Shown here piece after piece: positions 1 through 12,354 of a DNA stretch of 64,000 nt; the first letter of the stretch is position 1; every line of letters begins with the position of its first letter. The position numbers were made by a program, and so were the translations under genes. Origin of the DNA: Macrostomum lignano (taxonomy: Eukaryota); NCBI GenBank assembly GCA_002269645.1, contig NIVC01000891.1, positions 353,783-417,782 of the forward strand. Direction: 5' to 3'. The notes below the pieces were generated by a model. That model did no database searches. It had not been told where the DNA came from and was given only the letters and a program-made list of their open reading frames with translations.

Positions 1-174
1 GGGTTTCTCTCACGAAATAAAAACCTGGCGCAAGGTGCCACTCCATCAAAGTTCGTTCGTTATTGAAAGTGTCTGGACTAAAAAAACTTTTCTTCTTTCA
101 TTAGTTCGCCCCACTAGTGCGAGCATCCTACTCCCAAGGCACTCCCAAGGCGCTCGATAAGTTTTTACTCAAAC

Positions 175-3100
175 CTGCAGGCGCCAGCACAGCAGAGTGC
201 AGCGGTGATGAGCAGCACGGAGCACTCGGCCGCCAGCACGGCGATGGTGTAGGCGTCCCGCCTGTCCTTGTCGGGCTTCGGCAGCAGCACCAGCGTGGCC
301 AGCGGCACCACGATCAGGATGACGATGAGCAGGCCAAAGAACAGGCCCTTGTGCGACTTGTGACACGTGGTGAACATCTTGAAGGATCGGACGGCCTGCG
401 GCTGGCGTCGGTGCAGGCTCAACCGATTGGAGCAGGGGGCGCCAACTTTGCGGAAGAGTTTGAAGCAGACGGCGGCTGAGATGAGGCCGTATTCTACCGC
501 GCACGGATACAGGAAGGGGCTGAGCGCGTGCGAAGAGCCGGCGTAGGTGGCCAGGGTGAGGGCGCACTCTGGAGAGGACATTATCCGAACAAGCATCTTA
601 TTTCTCTGATTCCCATTGAGGTCTATTCTCTCTCCTCTCTCCTCCCCGAGGCTCTCTTCTCGTTGCGAGTGACCTCAGATAGAGAAAGCACTGCCGACTA
701 GCGATACGAGTATCTTTCCACCCAGCCTGTTTGCTGTGCTGTGCCAGCAATAGCAAGACTCAGTCATCTTTAGGTTCACCTTTTTGCTGGCTCAATAACT
801 TGCATTACTCGTTAAACACCCCAGAAAAAGTCAACGCTTTGTCTATAGAAAACACTTTACTGATAATTATGAAGTCTCATATTAAATGAATAATTAAGAA
901 GTCTTATCCTCTGCAGCACCTGTCTGCGACGAAGAACGCAGGGCTGACCGGTTCTGCCAGTTGCGACCATCTCCGCCGGCGGAGCCGTTGCCAGCAGCAA
1001 CCGTATCAGGCTGCTGCGTCACGCTGAGAGCCATCTTCACCTCGTAGATGACCGCTTTCATCCAGATGCACAGGTTGGTGACAACCAGGTGGGCCAGAGC
1101 GAAGCGCACAGCGCTGGTGTACACTGTCACGACAACCTGCGAATTTCGGGGTGAATAGAAGTTCAGAGAGGTATAACATTGTTCCACCAGTACAAGCACA
1201 GGGGGATTTTTTCACGTCATCAAAGGACAGGTGACGTGACATGACGGGTTAATGACGTCACTCCACCAAAGGACAGTGGTTAGTGATGTCACTCCATCAA
1301 AGGACAGGGGGTTAGTGATGTCACTCCATCAAAGGACAGGGGGTTTGTGACTTCAGTCCATCAAAGTACAGGGGGTTAGTGATGTCACTCCATCAAAGGA
1401 CAGGGGGTTAGTGACGTCAGTCCATCAAAGGACAGGGGGTTAGTGACGTCACTCCATCAAAGGACAGGGGGTTAGTGACACCAGTCCATCAAAGGACAGG
1501 GGGTTAGTGACGTCAGTCCATCAAAGGACAGGGGGCTAGTGACATCAGTCCATCAAAGTACAGGGGGTTAGTGACGTCAGTCCATCAAAGGACAGGGGGC
1601 TAGTGACACCAGTCCATCAAAGTACAGGGGGTTAGTGACGTCACTCCATCAAAGGACAGGGGGTTAGTGACGTCACTCCATCAAAGGACAGGGGGTTAGT
1701 GACGTCACTCCATCAAAGGACAGGGGGTTAGTGACGTCACTCCATCAAAGGACAGGGGCTAGTGACGTCACTTGCACAAGTGTTGCAGAAGTTTTTCATC
1801 AGCACTTAAAAATCAACGTTTGTACGTTTGAGTAATATGCGACGATTCGCATGAACAATTTAGCATATCAACCACAATACCACCATATCCAAATTTCACC
1901 AGCGCATCACCCCGGCTTCTCAAATTAGCCTCCAAACAAGGACAACTTCATGGTAGATGCCCAATGCAGCCAGGTAGGCTTAAGTCGTCCTTGCCTCCAA
2001 CCAGCTACTCACCCGATGATTCTTAAACAGATGAAACGTCTGCAGCAGGATGAACAGCAGGTGCACCAGCAGCTGCAGCTGCCACATCACACTGCGACAG
2101 TCGGCGCTGCTCGGCTGTTCAACCGTGTCCGCCAGCTTGAAGGCATCGTGGATCATCACGCCGAAGCCGAAGACTGCGAGGCGCGGAGGAGATAAGGACA
2201 AACGTTTTGATTTGGCAGTGCGGCTTTAGTCAAAGGAGATCGAATGACTGCCCCAGAAGAGCATACATGTACTTGATTTACCAGGCACGGCCCACCCTGC
2301 TTCTTCAGCCGTGAATGCACAGCCTTTACTCGAAACAGGCTCGCCTACCTCGGCCCCAAACTGGATCTTTCTGACGCTTTCAGGCCTAAGGGATACCGTG
2401 CGAGCGACCATTCACGACTGGACCAACCGGACCGCAACAAACGCTGCTCTTGATCGCTAGGGGTCGGCAGAATGGGCAGCGTGACACCTCCTAAGCTGCA
2501 CCCGAACGAATCGGAGCCCCCTGCAGCAAAAGCATAGCCACATCGATAGCTCGTCTACCCTGCCGGTCCTTGAGGTATTTATTACTTGAGATTTCTTAGA
2601 AATTGAGACTTCGGTCCTGAGACTGCATCACTAGCTAGCTCAGGACACTCACTGATTGCCCCCAGCCGCAGGTAAAGATTGACTGCATCACTAGCTAGCT
2701 CAGGACACTCACTGATTGCCCCCAGCCGCAGGTAAAGGTTTATGCCTTCCACCGACACCCAGACGGCAGGCTGCGGTTCGTAGCCACCGCCAGTCGCCTC
2801 CGCCGCCTCCGCCGCCTCTGCCGCCGGCTGACCAGTGGCGGCCGCGTCAAAGCGAAGAGGCTTCAATTTCTGTTCCCTCCGCAGTCGGCCGTCACTGTTG
2901 TTACTGCTGCTGCCAGCTGCTGCTGCTGCAAGGAAAGACGGGTGCCGCTTATCTTACTGCTTTCAGTAGGCAATTCTGTATGTCATTTTTAGACTCGCAT
3001 TCGATAGAAACTTTATACTTTTTTCAATATAGAAATACGATTTCTTCAATGTCGATATAACTATGATAATTAATTACACCTGCCCTACTGGCCAGATGTG

Positions 3101-6100
3101 CAACCGACAGCTCAGTCGCAGCTATTGCGCGGCGCATCTGAAGGCTGCATACGGCTGTTCAGTCCAAGGACTGGGGGGGGGGTCGCCACACACACCCTCA
3201 ATTAGCCCAGTTAATGCTGGCACCCATTTTACAGCTGGGTGAACTGAAGCAATGCAGAGTTAAGCGCTTGCTCAAGGACACAAATTGTTCCCAGTGGGTC
3301 GAGAATCGAACCCCCAACCTTTCAGTCGTGAGTCCGACGTCCTAACCACAAGGCTACAACCCCCCTATATTGCTATAATGCCATTTGGAAAGCATATCAA
3401 ATACTCTTTTTTGTTATAAACATGGCAGTTTCACTGCTTGACCGATTTCATTTCAAAAAGATTTTGCATCGATTGTCTGAATCCTAACAATTCAGAATGG
3501 TACAGTTTAAACTTTATTGAATTTGCAGACTTTTAGAGCTGTGCGCACCCTGCTGAGACCTGCAGTGGTGGTTGCCCTGCCGAGGCCCCAGGGCTGCCAG
3601 GGGCGTGGCCTCCGCCCCGTCTGGCACGGGCAGATGCGCCGTCAGCGCCACGCGAGCCTCCGCGTCCTCCTCTTCACTGCTGCCGCTGCTGCCGCTGCTG
3701 CCGCTGCAACCGTCGGCCTTCTGAAGCGTCGCGTCGGTGCTCAACGCGCGGCGCGGCTCCTTGAACCGGTAGATCACCAGGCTGATGAAGGCCAAGAAGA
3801 CCAAGCCGGCGAAATGCATGTACAGGTAGAAAATCTGTGGGGTGCAATGGGGGCTCAACTGGGATATTTGTGCTCGGTTTACAGGTGCCAAGGACTGTGG
3901 CTTCCGCTCCTGTCTCTTGGTTGGCGCCGCTGTCTCTTGGTTAGCGCCCCTGTCTCTTGGTTGGCGCCCCTGTCTCTTGGTTGGCGCCCCTGTCTCTTGG
4001 TTGGCGCCCCTGTCTCTTGGTTGGCGCCCCTGTCTCTTGGTTGGCGCCCCTGTCTCTTGGTTGGCGCCGCTGTCTCTTGGTTGGCGCCCCTGTCTCTTGG
4101 TGGGCGCCCCTGTCTCTTGATGGGCGCCCCTGTCTCTTGGTTGGCGCCCCTGTCTCTTGGTTGGCGCCCCTGTCTCTTGGTTGGCGCCCCTGTCTCTTGG
4201 TTGGCGCCCCTGTCTCTTGGTTGGCGCCCCTGTCTCTTGGTTGGCGCCCCTGTCTCTTGGTGGGCGCCCCTGTCTCTTGATGGGCGCCCCTGTCTCTTGG
4301 TTGGCGCCCCTGTCTCTGGTTGGGCACCTCCGTCTCTTGATGGGCGCCCCTGTCTCTGGTTGGGCACCTCTGTCTCTTGGTGGGCGCCCCTGTCTCTTGG
4401 TTGGCGCCCCTGTCTCTTGGTGGGCGCCCCTGTCTCTTGGTGAGCAACGAGGACGCGAGTACACCCACCGTCTCCGTGCCTTAGGGTTCAAGCTTAAAGA
4501 ACTGAAATCCGCTATTTTAATGATTTGCCTACTAATAGTAGTTGTGAGATCCTGCGCACGTGACTAAAAATAAGATTCGAACTAATCGCGATGCCGAATG
4601 CTTCTCCGTTCGCTGGTCTGACTGACAACCCCCGAGGCAGCATCCCCAAAAAATCAATTTTTTTAGTCGCTACTTTTTAGCAGCCGCGAGGCAGTCAAGC
4701 TACTAATAGTAGGTCAATTTTTGCAGATTTTCAGTTCTCAATCAAAACAAGCCCCATCCTTCGCCAAGTAACGAAATGTCAATTGTCAAAGTGAAACCGG
4801 TTTTTGCTGCGGGAAGCCAGCGCACTGAGTGCGACTGAATCCGATTTCCGCTTTACTCCGTAATTGTAGCAGAAGTAGGAAAAAATTTCCGGATTTTCAA
4901 AAATGTTGAAGAGAAGAAAGTTTGACTAACCAGACTCCTTGCGGGGGAACAACCGTCTCAGAGATGCTCTGATAATCCATAAAAGTCCGCGATATGAGCA
5001 AATAAAACCCGAGGCTAATCCAGAGAGCTGCTCTGCTGTGTCCCTGCCCGACTCAAGTCTCCAGCCCTCCCGGCGCTGTCCCATCTCACAACGACGCTAA
5101 TAAGTACACACTCGATGCCCCTCGAGCCCCGAGAGTCGCTCACCTTCCCACTTGGGTGTCATTACCTCCGCTCGAGTCCTATCTTACTTTGCCCATCTCA
5201 GAGGAATCTGCCTCGATGTTTTCCCTGGCCAGTGGCCACTCATCAAGTTCTCATCCTGCTCCCGCTGCAACTCAGACTTCGAGCTCCGGTCTTGCGCTGC
5301 TTCAAACTCGGGGACTGTTGTTGCACTGTTGTGAGCAACTGCTGCGGGACTGCAGTTGAGCATTTGTGGGATGGAGGATGAAGAGACTTCCAGTTCAGAA
5401 GTGGATGATGAAGAGAGTTCCAGTTTGGAAGTGGATGATGAAGAGACTTCCAGTTCGGAAGTGGATGATGAAGAGAGTTCCAGTTTGGAAGTGGATTATG
5501 AAGAGAGTTCCAGTTTGGAAGTGGATTATGAAGAGAGTTCCAGTTCGAAAGTGGATTATGAAGAGAGTTCCAGTTCGAAAGTGGATGATGAAGAGAGTTC
5601 CAGTTCGAAAGTGGATGATGAAGAGAGTTCCAGTTCGGAAGTGGATGATGAAGAGAGTTCCAGTTTGGAAGTGGATGATGAAGAGAGTTCCAGTTCGGAA
5701 GTGGATGATGAAGAGAGTTCCAGTTTGGAAGTGGATGATGAAGAGAGTTCCAGCTCGGAAGTGGGGGATGAAGAGAGTTCCAGTTTGGAAGTGGATGATG
5801 AAGAGAGTTCCAGCTCGGAAGTGGGGGATGAAGAGAGTTCCAGTTTGGAAGTGGATGATGAAGAGAGTTCCAGTTCGGAAGTGGATGATGAAGAGAGTTC
5901 CAGTTCGGAAGTGGATTATGAAGAGAGTTCCAGTTTGGAAGTGGATTATGAAGAGAGTTCCAGTTCGAAAGTGGATTATGAAGAGAGTTCCAGTTCGGAA
6001 GTGGATGATGAAGAGAGTTCCAGTTCGGAAGTGGATGATGAAGAGAGTTCCAGTTCGGAAGTGGATGATGAAGAGAGTTCCAGCTCGGAAGTGGGGGATG

Positions 6101-9100
6101 AAGAGAGTTCCAGCTCGGAAGTGGGGGATGAAGAGAGTTCCAGCTCGGAAGTGGATGATGAAGAGAGTTCCAGTTCGGAAGTGGATGATGAAGAGAGTTC
6201 CAGTTCGGAAGTGGAGGATTCGGGAACACATTCAGGAAACGTTCGGGAAACAGAGGATGAGGAGAGTTCCAGATGGGAAGTGAAGTTAAATTATAATTGC
6301 AAGGAAAGCCACCCAAAATCATGAAAAAAATTGAAATCTAATATGTACATACATACATACTAGTACATAGAAAATTTGAGATTTATTTATATAGATTTCT
6401 AATGAACTTTTGACAATAATGTTTGGGCAAAAAAGGTCTGAGGAAGAGAGGATTGAGGAGAGGAGAGAGGCGAACGCGCGAGTGAGTGATCTGGAAGCGC
6501 ATCGTTACGAAAAAAATCAGCAAGAGAAAAACGAAAAAAGAGCACATCGAGCACAGAAATTGCAGGAAAGACATCTGAGCAGACTGCAGATTCACTACAG
6601 TATTCAGCTTCTGCTCTGGAACGGGAATGCCAGGGACACCTAGAGAGACAGAATCTGGAACAGAATGCCAGGGACTCCTAGAGAGACAGAGCATCTGGAA
6701 CAATGCCAGGGACTCCTAGAGAGACAGAGCATCTGGAACAATGCCAGGGACTCCTAGAGAGACAGAGCATCTGGAACAGAATGTCAGGGACTCCTAGAGA
6801 GACAGAACATCTGGAACAGAATGCCAAGGACTCCTAGATAAACAAAGAATCTGGAACGGGATGCCAGGGACTCCTAGAGAGACAGAGCATCTGGAACAGA
6901 ATGCCAGGGACTCCTAGAGAGACAGAGCATCTGGAACAGAATGCCAGGGACTCCTAGAGAGACAGAGCATCTGGAACAGAATGCCAGGGACTCCTATAGA
7001 TACAAAGCATCTGGAATGGAATTAAAGGGCTAATTAGATAAGAATGCTGTTACTTCCAGGAGTTGGAAAAGCAGAAAAGCTTGAAATCAGCAGGAGAAAA
7101 AAGAGCACATCGAGCACAGAAATTGTTCTCTCCTGGGAGAAACATTTGAGCAGCTGCAGATTCGCTATGATCATTCGAGTTGCCGGGAGTAAAATCCCCC
7201 GTTCTGCTTCAGTCCCAGCCAGGGCAAGGGGCATATCGATCCTTTTCAAAACCAGAAAAGTCTGAGCCTGGTCGATTAAGAGGCCTCAGGTCTTCCCTGC
7301 CGCTGTGAGCTCCTGCCGGACCCAATTCTCGTCTCTGTAATGTTGGCCATCCTTTTCTTTGCAAAAGCAGTACTTGTGCAGTGGTAGCGCGGGGTCTTAA
7401 GACAGGACTGAGTTCCATTACATTCCGAGCTAAGTAATTAAAATGATTAATTACTGCTTGAGATCTTCGTAGATCTGAGAAAATGGCCACTTGCCCCCGT
7501 AATCCTTCTTTGAGTTTAATTTTGAAGCCTTTAAGGCCTGAACTTGTGCCAGCCTGTACTTGTACTGCAATGTTTTTGATTGCCGAAAAACTGATTTTTA
7601 TTATAATTGATAGCGGGAATCAAGGCATTAGAGAGAGGTTAGGGAGGCAGTAGTGGCATCAGGGAGGTAGTAGTGGCATCAGGGAGGCAGTAGTGGCATC
7701 AGAGAGGGAGTAGTGACATCAGGGAGGCAGTAGTGGCATCAGGGAGGCAGTAGTGGCATCAGAGAGGGAGTAGTGACATCAGGGAGGCAGTAGTGGCATC
7801 AGGGAGGCAGTAGTGGCATCAGGGAGGCAGTAGTGGCATCAGGGAGGCAGTAGTGGCATCAGGGAGGTAGTAGTGGCATCAGGGAGGGAGTAGTGGCACC
7901 AGGGAGGTAGTAGTGGCATCAGAGAGGGAGTAGTGACATCAGAGAGGGAGTAGTGGCATCAGGGAGGCAGTAGTGGCATCAGGGAGGCAGTAGTGGCATC
8001 AGGGAGGTAGTAGTGGCATCAGGGAGGGAGTAGTGGCACCAGGGAGGTAGTAGTGGCATCAGAGAGGGAGTAGTGGCATCAGGGAGGGAGTAGTGGCATC
8101 AGGGAGGTAGTAGTGGCATCAGGGAGGGAGTAGTGGCATCAGGGAGGGAGTAGTGGCATCAGGGAGGGAGTAGTGGCATCAGGGAGGGAGTAGTGGCATC
8201 AGAGAGGGAGTAGTGACATCAGGGAGGGAGTCTCCGCATCAGGGAGGGAGAGCTCTAGTCCATCTACAGGACAAAGAGAGTCGCTTCGATTTCAGCTCGA
8301 TGTCATTTGCAATCAGTTCACCAGCCCAGTTGTCAGCTCCCATTGCTCTCCCAATCGGATTCGAGAGCCCAGCAGAGCGGACACTGGATAAGAGCGAGTT
8401 AACGTCAACGATCACAGTCAACTCAAATTAACTCAATCGACTCCAGCTGTTTAGGGAAACAGCTTTGAGTCCAGTTGATTCGGTTAAACATTTGATAAAT
8501 CCAATGAATAATCCTAGGGTTAGATTGCGAGTACACGTGCAAAAGTAAACGTACACCTCAGGGGAAAGCCAGTACAGGGACTGCTAGAGAAACAGGGAAT
8601 CGGGATGCCAAGGACTCCTAGATAAACAAAGAATCTGGAACGGGATGCCAGGGACTCCTAGAGAGACAGAGCATCTGGAACAGAATACCAGGGACTCCTA
8701 GAGAGACAGAGCATCTGGAACAGAATGCCAGGGACTCCTAGAGAGACAGAGCATCTGGAACAGAATACCAGGGACTCCTAGAGAGACAGAGCATCTGGAA
8801 CAGAATACCAGGGACTCCTAGAGAGACAGAGCATCTGGAACAGAATGCCAGGGACTCCTAGAGAGACAGAGCATCTGGAACAGAATGCCAGGGACTCCTA
8901 GAGAGACAGAGCATCTGGAACAGAATGCCAGGGACTCCTAGAGAGACAGAGCATCTGGAACAGAATGCCAAGGACTCCTAGATAAACAAAGAATCTGGAA
9001 CGGGATGCCAGGGACTCCTAGAGAGACAGAGCATCTGGAACAGAATGCCAGGGACTCCTAGAGAGACAGAGCATCTGGAACAGAATGCCAGGGACTCCTA

Positions 9101-10146
9101 GAGAGACAGAGCATCTGGAACAGAATGTCAGGGACTCCTAGAGAGACAGAACATCTGGAACAGAATACCAGGGACTCCTAGAGAGACAGAGCATCTGGAA
9201 CAGAATGCCAGGGACTCCTAGAGAGACAGAGCATCTGGAACAGAATGCCAAGGACTCCTAGATAAACAAAGAATCTGGAACGGGATGCCAGGGACTCCTA
9301 GAGAGACAGAGCATCTGGAACAGAATGCCAGGGACTCCTAGAGAGACAGAGCATCTGGAACAGAATGTCAGGGACTCCCTGAGAGACAGAGCATCTGGAA
9401 CAGAATGCCAGGGACTCCTAGAGAGACAGAGCATCTGGAACAGAATACCAGGGACTCCTAGAGAGACAGAGCATCTGGAACAGAATACCAGGGACTCCTA
9501 GAGAGACAGAGCATCTGGAACAGAATACCAGGGACTCCTAGAGAGACAGAGCATCTGGAACAGAATACCAGGGACTCCTAGAGAGACAGAGCATCTGGAA
9601 CAGAATACCAGGGACTCCTAGAGAGACAGAGCATCTGGAACGGATCCTAGGAACAGATCAGAATATTGCTATTTCTAGAAGTTGGAAATTTAGGAAAGCT
9701 TCGCTGCTGTTTCCAATCCAGAATCCTAGGTTTAGGCGTCCTAGTCTTAGTTGCTCTTCTAGACTCAGGGTTACCTCCCAACCGGGCATCCGGGAAGCTC
9801 ACAAATCCCACAGTTGAGCTGCCTCGCCAGCTTTTCTACAAAAGAAGAACAGCAGCGCCCTGATTTATGCCGCCTGCCGCAACCGGAAGCGGAACCGGAA
9901 GCAGGCGATCGAATCGGACGACTCACCTGGTCGTAAGTCTGATGTCGGAGGGTGCCGCTGGCCAGCCCGTCGCTGACGGGGATCACCACACCCAGCATGG
10001 TGAGGCTGATGCTGTACAGAATGATGAGGGAGCTCAGCACATGACGCCGTGGGCTGGCCGCACCTCCGTCCTCGACGTCCTCACCGACACCGTCGGCAGC
10101 TGGCCCGAGCGGCTTCTCAATCAAGCAGTCGGAGCCGGGCCGGGCG
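175..10146 (-). CDS. Otop: Otopetrin-family proton channel, spliced; exons 10146-9927, 3834-3549, 2925-2713, 2173-2013, 1136-920, 568-~175; continues beyond the left window edge
   Basis: Joined exons give family-like motifs LSSLIILYSISLTMLGVVIP, IFYLYMHFAGL, NLYLRLGAIIFGFG, RFALAHLVVTNLCIW, PFLYPCAVEYGLI and CHKSHKGLFFG. All junctions are GT-AG with matching phases (0,1,1,0,1). The donor of the last exon (~170-175) is uncertain. Confidence 0.9.
1245..1771. repeat. 32-bp minisatellite in otopetrin intron (~16 copies)
   Basis: Unit TCCATCAAAGGACAGGGGGTTAGTGACGTCAC, period 32. Confidence 0.95.
2621..2740. repeat. 60-bp tandem duplication spanning an otopetrin splice donor
   Basis: 2621-2680 and 2681-2740 are near-identical; each contains ACTCAC (GTGAGT on the minus strand). 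Confidence 0.95.
3175..3360 (-). mobile_element. tRNA-derived SINE with MIR/CORE-like central domain
   Basis: Minus strand reads A-box GTAGCCTTGTGGTTAG, B-box GGTTCGATTCT, then TGTGTCCTTGAGCAAGCGCTTAAC...CAGCTGTAAAATGGG, resembling the CORE segment of MIR-type SINEs (recognised from memory). Confidence 0.75.
3909..4440. repeat. 20-bp minisatellite (~26 copies), otopetrin intron
   Basis: Unit TGTCTCTTGGTTGGCGCCCC; explains the overlapping repetitive ORFs. Confidence 0.95.
5370..6215. repeat. 30-bp minisatellite (~28 copies), otopetrin intron
   Basis: Unit GTGGATGATGAAGAGAGTTCCAGTTCGGAA. Confidence 0.95.
6612..7020. repeat. 40-bp minisatellite, block 1 (~10 copies)
   Basis: Unit GGGACTCCTAGAGAGACAGAGCATCTGGAACAGAATGCCA; same unit as 8588-9640. 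Confidence 0.9.
7260..8515 (-). pseudogene. Possible decayed S1-domain (RRP5/PDCD11-like) coding fragments split by a minisatellite
   Basis: Minus strand reads GLFIGFIKCLTESTGL...*...IANDIELKSKRLSLSCR (~8515-8260) and VQAGTSSGLKGFKIKLKEGLRGQVAIFSDL (~7570-7475). S1 resemblance judged by eye; internal stop present. Confidence 0.3.
7641..8250. repeat. 20-bp minisatellite (~30 copies)
   Basis: Unit AGGGAGGCAGTAGTGGCATC and variants. Confidence 0.95.
8588..9640. repeat. 40-bp minisatellite, block 2 (~26 copies)
   Basis: Same unit as 6612-7020. Confidence 0.95.
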
Positions 10147-11489
10147 CTGAGGTGTGTGGGGGGGGGGTTAATAGGCCTGAAAAATGTACTACTCTGTAAA
10201 CTGAATATCCTGCACATGACACACGCCAGCTGTTTAATAGCTTTGCAAATATTTATATTATTCAATTCGTTAAACTTCCCATTCCTTAAACACCCCATTG
10301 CTTAGAAATCCCATTCCGTAAACATCCCAAAAAGGCACTGATAAGAGTCAGTTGCATATCAAGTATCGATATGAATGCCTAGAAGCAACTGTCTCCGTGC
10401 TGATAGCCTAATTAACATCTTATTAAGGCATTTACAGCTACCAAGCAAGCTCAGGGGCTCGGTCTACTCGTTTCAGTTTCAGAAACACCTTCCAGACAAA
10501 TGGAATTGAGGATGAGGAAGCGAATCCCCAGGCAGACTGTGCCCCCCTCCCCCCCCAGCTAATCAATGCAGCCTGGCGGAGCGCGCTTTCCATTTGGCTC
10601 TCCGTCATTGAATTTCGATGCGGCACAGCCAAGCGGATGAAGAGGGAGAGGCTGGGCCAGCGCCAGGTTCCCACCATGCAGCCTCTTGAATGTTTCATGA
10701 CTGCCCGCCCCCTTCACCTATCGGGCCGGGGCAGCTGCTGCTGTCCTTAAAAAAATTGGGCGCCAAGCGGCGGATGGCCCGGCGGATGCGGGGTGGAGAC
10801 CGCCAGCCAGCCTCTGTGCTGCATCGCGAGAGAGAGAGAGAAGCGCAGTCCGACAGCATGCCAAGGTCTTTTGTCTCCGGTGTGAATGCCCCATGCATCC
10901 CATTGTGCTGGCCTTAGGGTTTCATGTTTCTCCACCTCTCCGCCTGTCTCCGTGAGTCACAGAAGGTGCACACTGCGGAGTCGGAGCAGTGTGCTCAGGA
11001 AGCATGGCTGCTGGCTGGCTGCGGGCTGACTTGCGTGTGATCTGTGCGCAGTCCGAAGTTCTGCGGGGTCAAAGTGCACCCCTTCAGTCTGAGCTAACTC
11101 GAACGAGCAAGTCCTGGAGTGCAGTCTGTGTGCTTCCCACTCGCATTCCGGATGGCATTCCGAGAGCAAATCTAATTGAGATGCTTCGAATCTTGAGGCC
11201 CGAACAGTTTTTTTTCTTTGCCGTTGCGAGAGTTGCAGATCTCTCTGGCGCACAAGCTCACTTGGCTCGGAGTAGACAGGCTCAGATGAAGGATCGATGG
11301 AGGCTGGCATACAGCTTTAGCATTCAGCCAGCACTGCCGATTCTCCCAGCCATTCCCCAGATTGACTGCCTGTGTGCTCGGCACTTCAAGGTCCTGGGGC
11401 AGGCCGCGCGGATTAAAGTAGGGATTCCAGTTCCGCGGCTTGGGATTTTATGACGCTGAGGAAATCGGGAACGGAAGCGGCTTTGAAGG

Positions 11490-11570
11490 AGGGTTTGGAG
11501 CAGAGTGGCGCCGAAACCGTTCTCTTATGACAGATGGGTCCCGGGCTCGAATCCCGATGCGACGAAATTT
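11490..11570 (+). mobile_element. Degenerate tRNA-like (SINE head) segment
   Basis: A-box-like GGAGCAGAGTGG (11497) and B-box-like GGGCTCGAATCCC (11543); no convincing cloverleaf. Confidence 0.35.
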
Positions 11571-11606
11571 CCATTTAAGTCAGATAAAAAACCATGGCGT
11601 GCCAGT

Positions 11607-11967
11607 TTAGGAGTGAGGGTTGCCACTCTGAGAGTGAGGGTTGCCACTGTAAAGAGTGAGGGTTGCCACTCTGAGAGTGTGGGTTGTCACTGTTAAGAGT
11701 GAGGGTTGCCACACTGAGAGTGAGGGTTGTCACTGTTAAGAGTGAGGGTTGCCACACTGAGAGTGAGGGTTGCCACTCTGAGAGTGATGGTTGCCACTGT
11801 TAGAGTGTGGGTTGCCACTGTTAAGAGTGAGGGTTGCCACTGTTAGAGTGAGGGTTGCCACTGTTAGAGTGAGGGTTGCCACTGTTAGAGTGGGGGTTGC
11901 CACTGTTAGAGTGAGGGTTGCCACTCTGAAAGTGAGGGTTGCCACTCTGAGAGTGAGGGTTGCCACT
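11607..11967. repeat. 21-bp minisatellite (~17 copies)
   Basis: Unit AGAGTGAGGGTTGCCACTGTT. Confidence 0.95.
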
Positions 11968-12354
11968 TTAATAACCGGGAGCCCCTTAAAAGAGCTAATC
12001 ATCAGCCATCAATTTGTAGGCATCAAAAGCAGCCAGTTGGCTTTGCCGCCTTGCTTTTTGACCGGCAGCAACTGATCGATCAGCAACCTGAAAGCCAATC
12101 AAGGAACTGCCTGCTTTAATCAGCCTGTTGTCAGGCAGTGCACACGGGAAACTGTTGAATTGCACGCGACAGTCTGAATTTTAATTGAATTGCCTGATTT
12201 ACCTGCCGAAATCAGGTAAAAATTCTGATTTGCTTGGATCACAAACACGGGAAGACATCACACATCTGTATGATAACCCTGCCTGACCGGAGATAACCCT
12301 GCTTAGTACTCAATGCCCCCCCCCCCCCCAATAACCGGCAATACCCTGTCTGAC

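Noticed and set aside
3514-6324. Long repetitive ORFs (RQPRDRG, EVDDEESSS, LPNWNSLHH)
   Set aside because: They are translations of intronic 20-bp and 30-bp minisatellites; only 3834-3549 is a real exon.
10438-11460. GC-rich ORFs as additional 5' otopetrin exons
   Set aside because: No acceptor/donor pair with the required phase 2 could be built; alternative 5' exons remain possible but unsupported.
11490-11570. Functional tRNA gene
   Set aside because: A and B boxes are present but the acceptor and anticodon stems do not pair; listed only as a SINE-like head.
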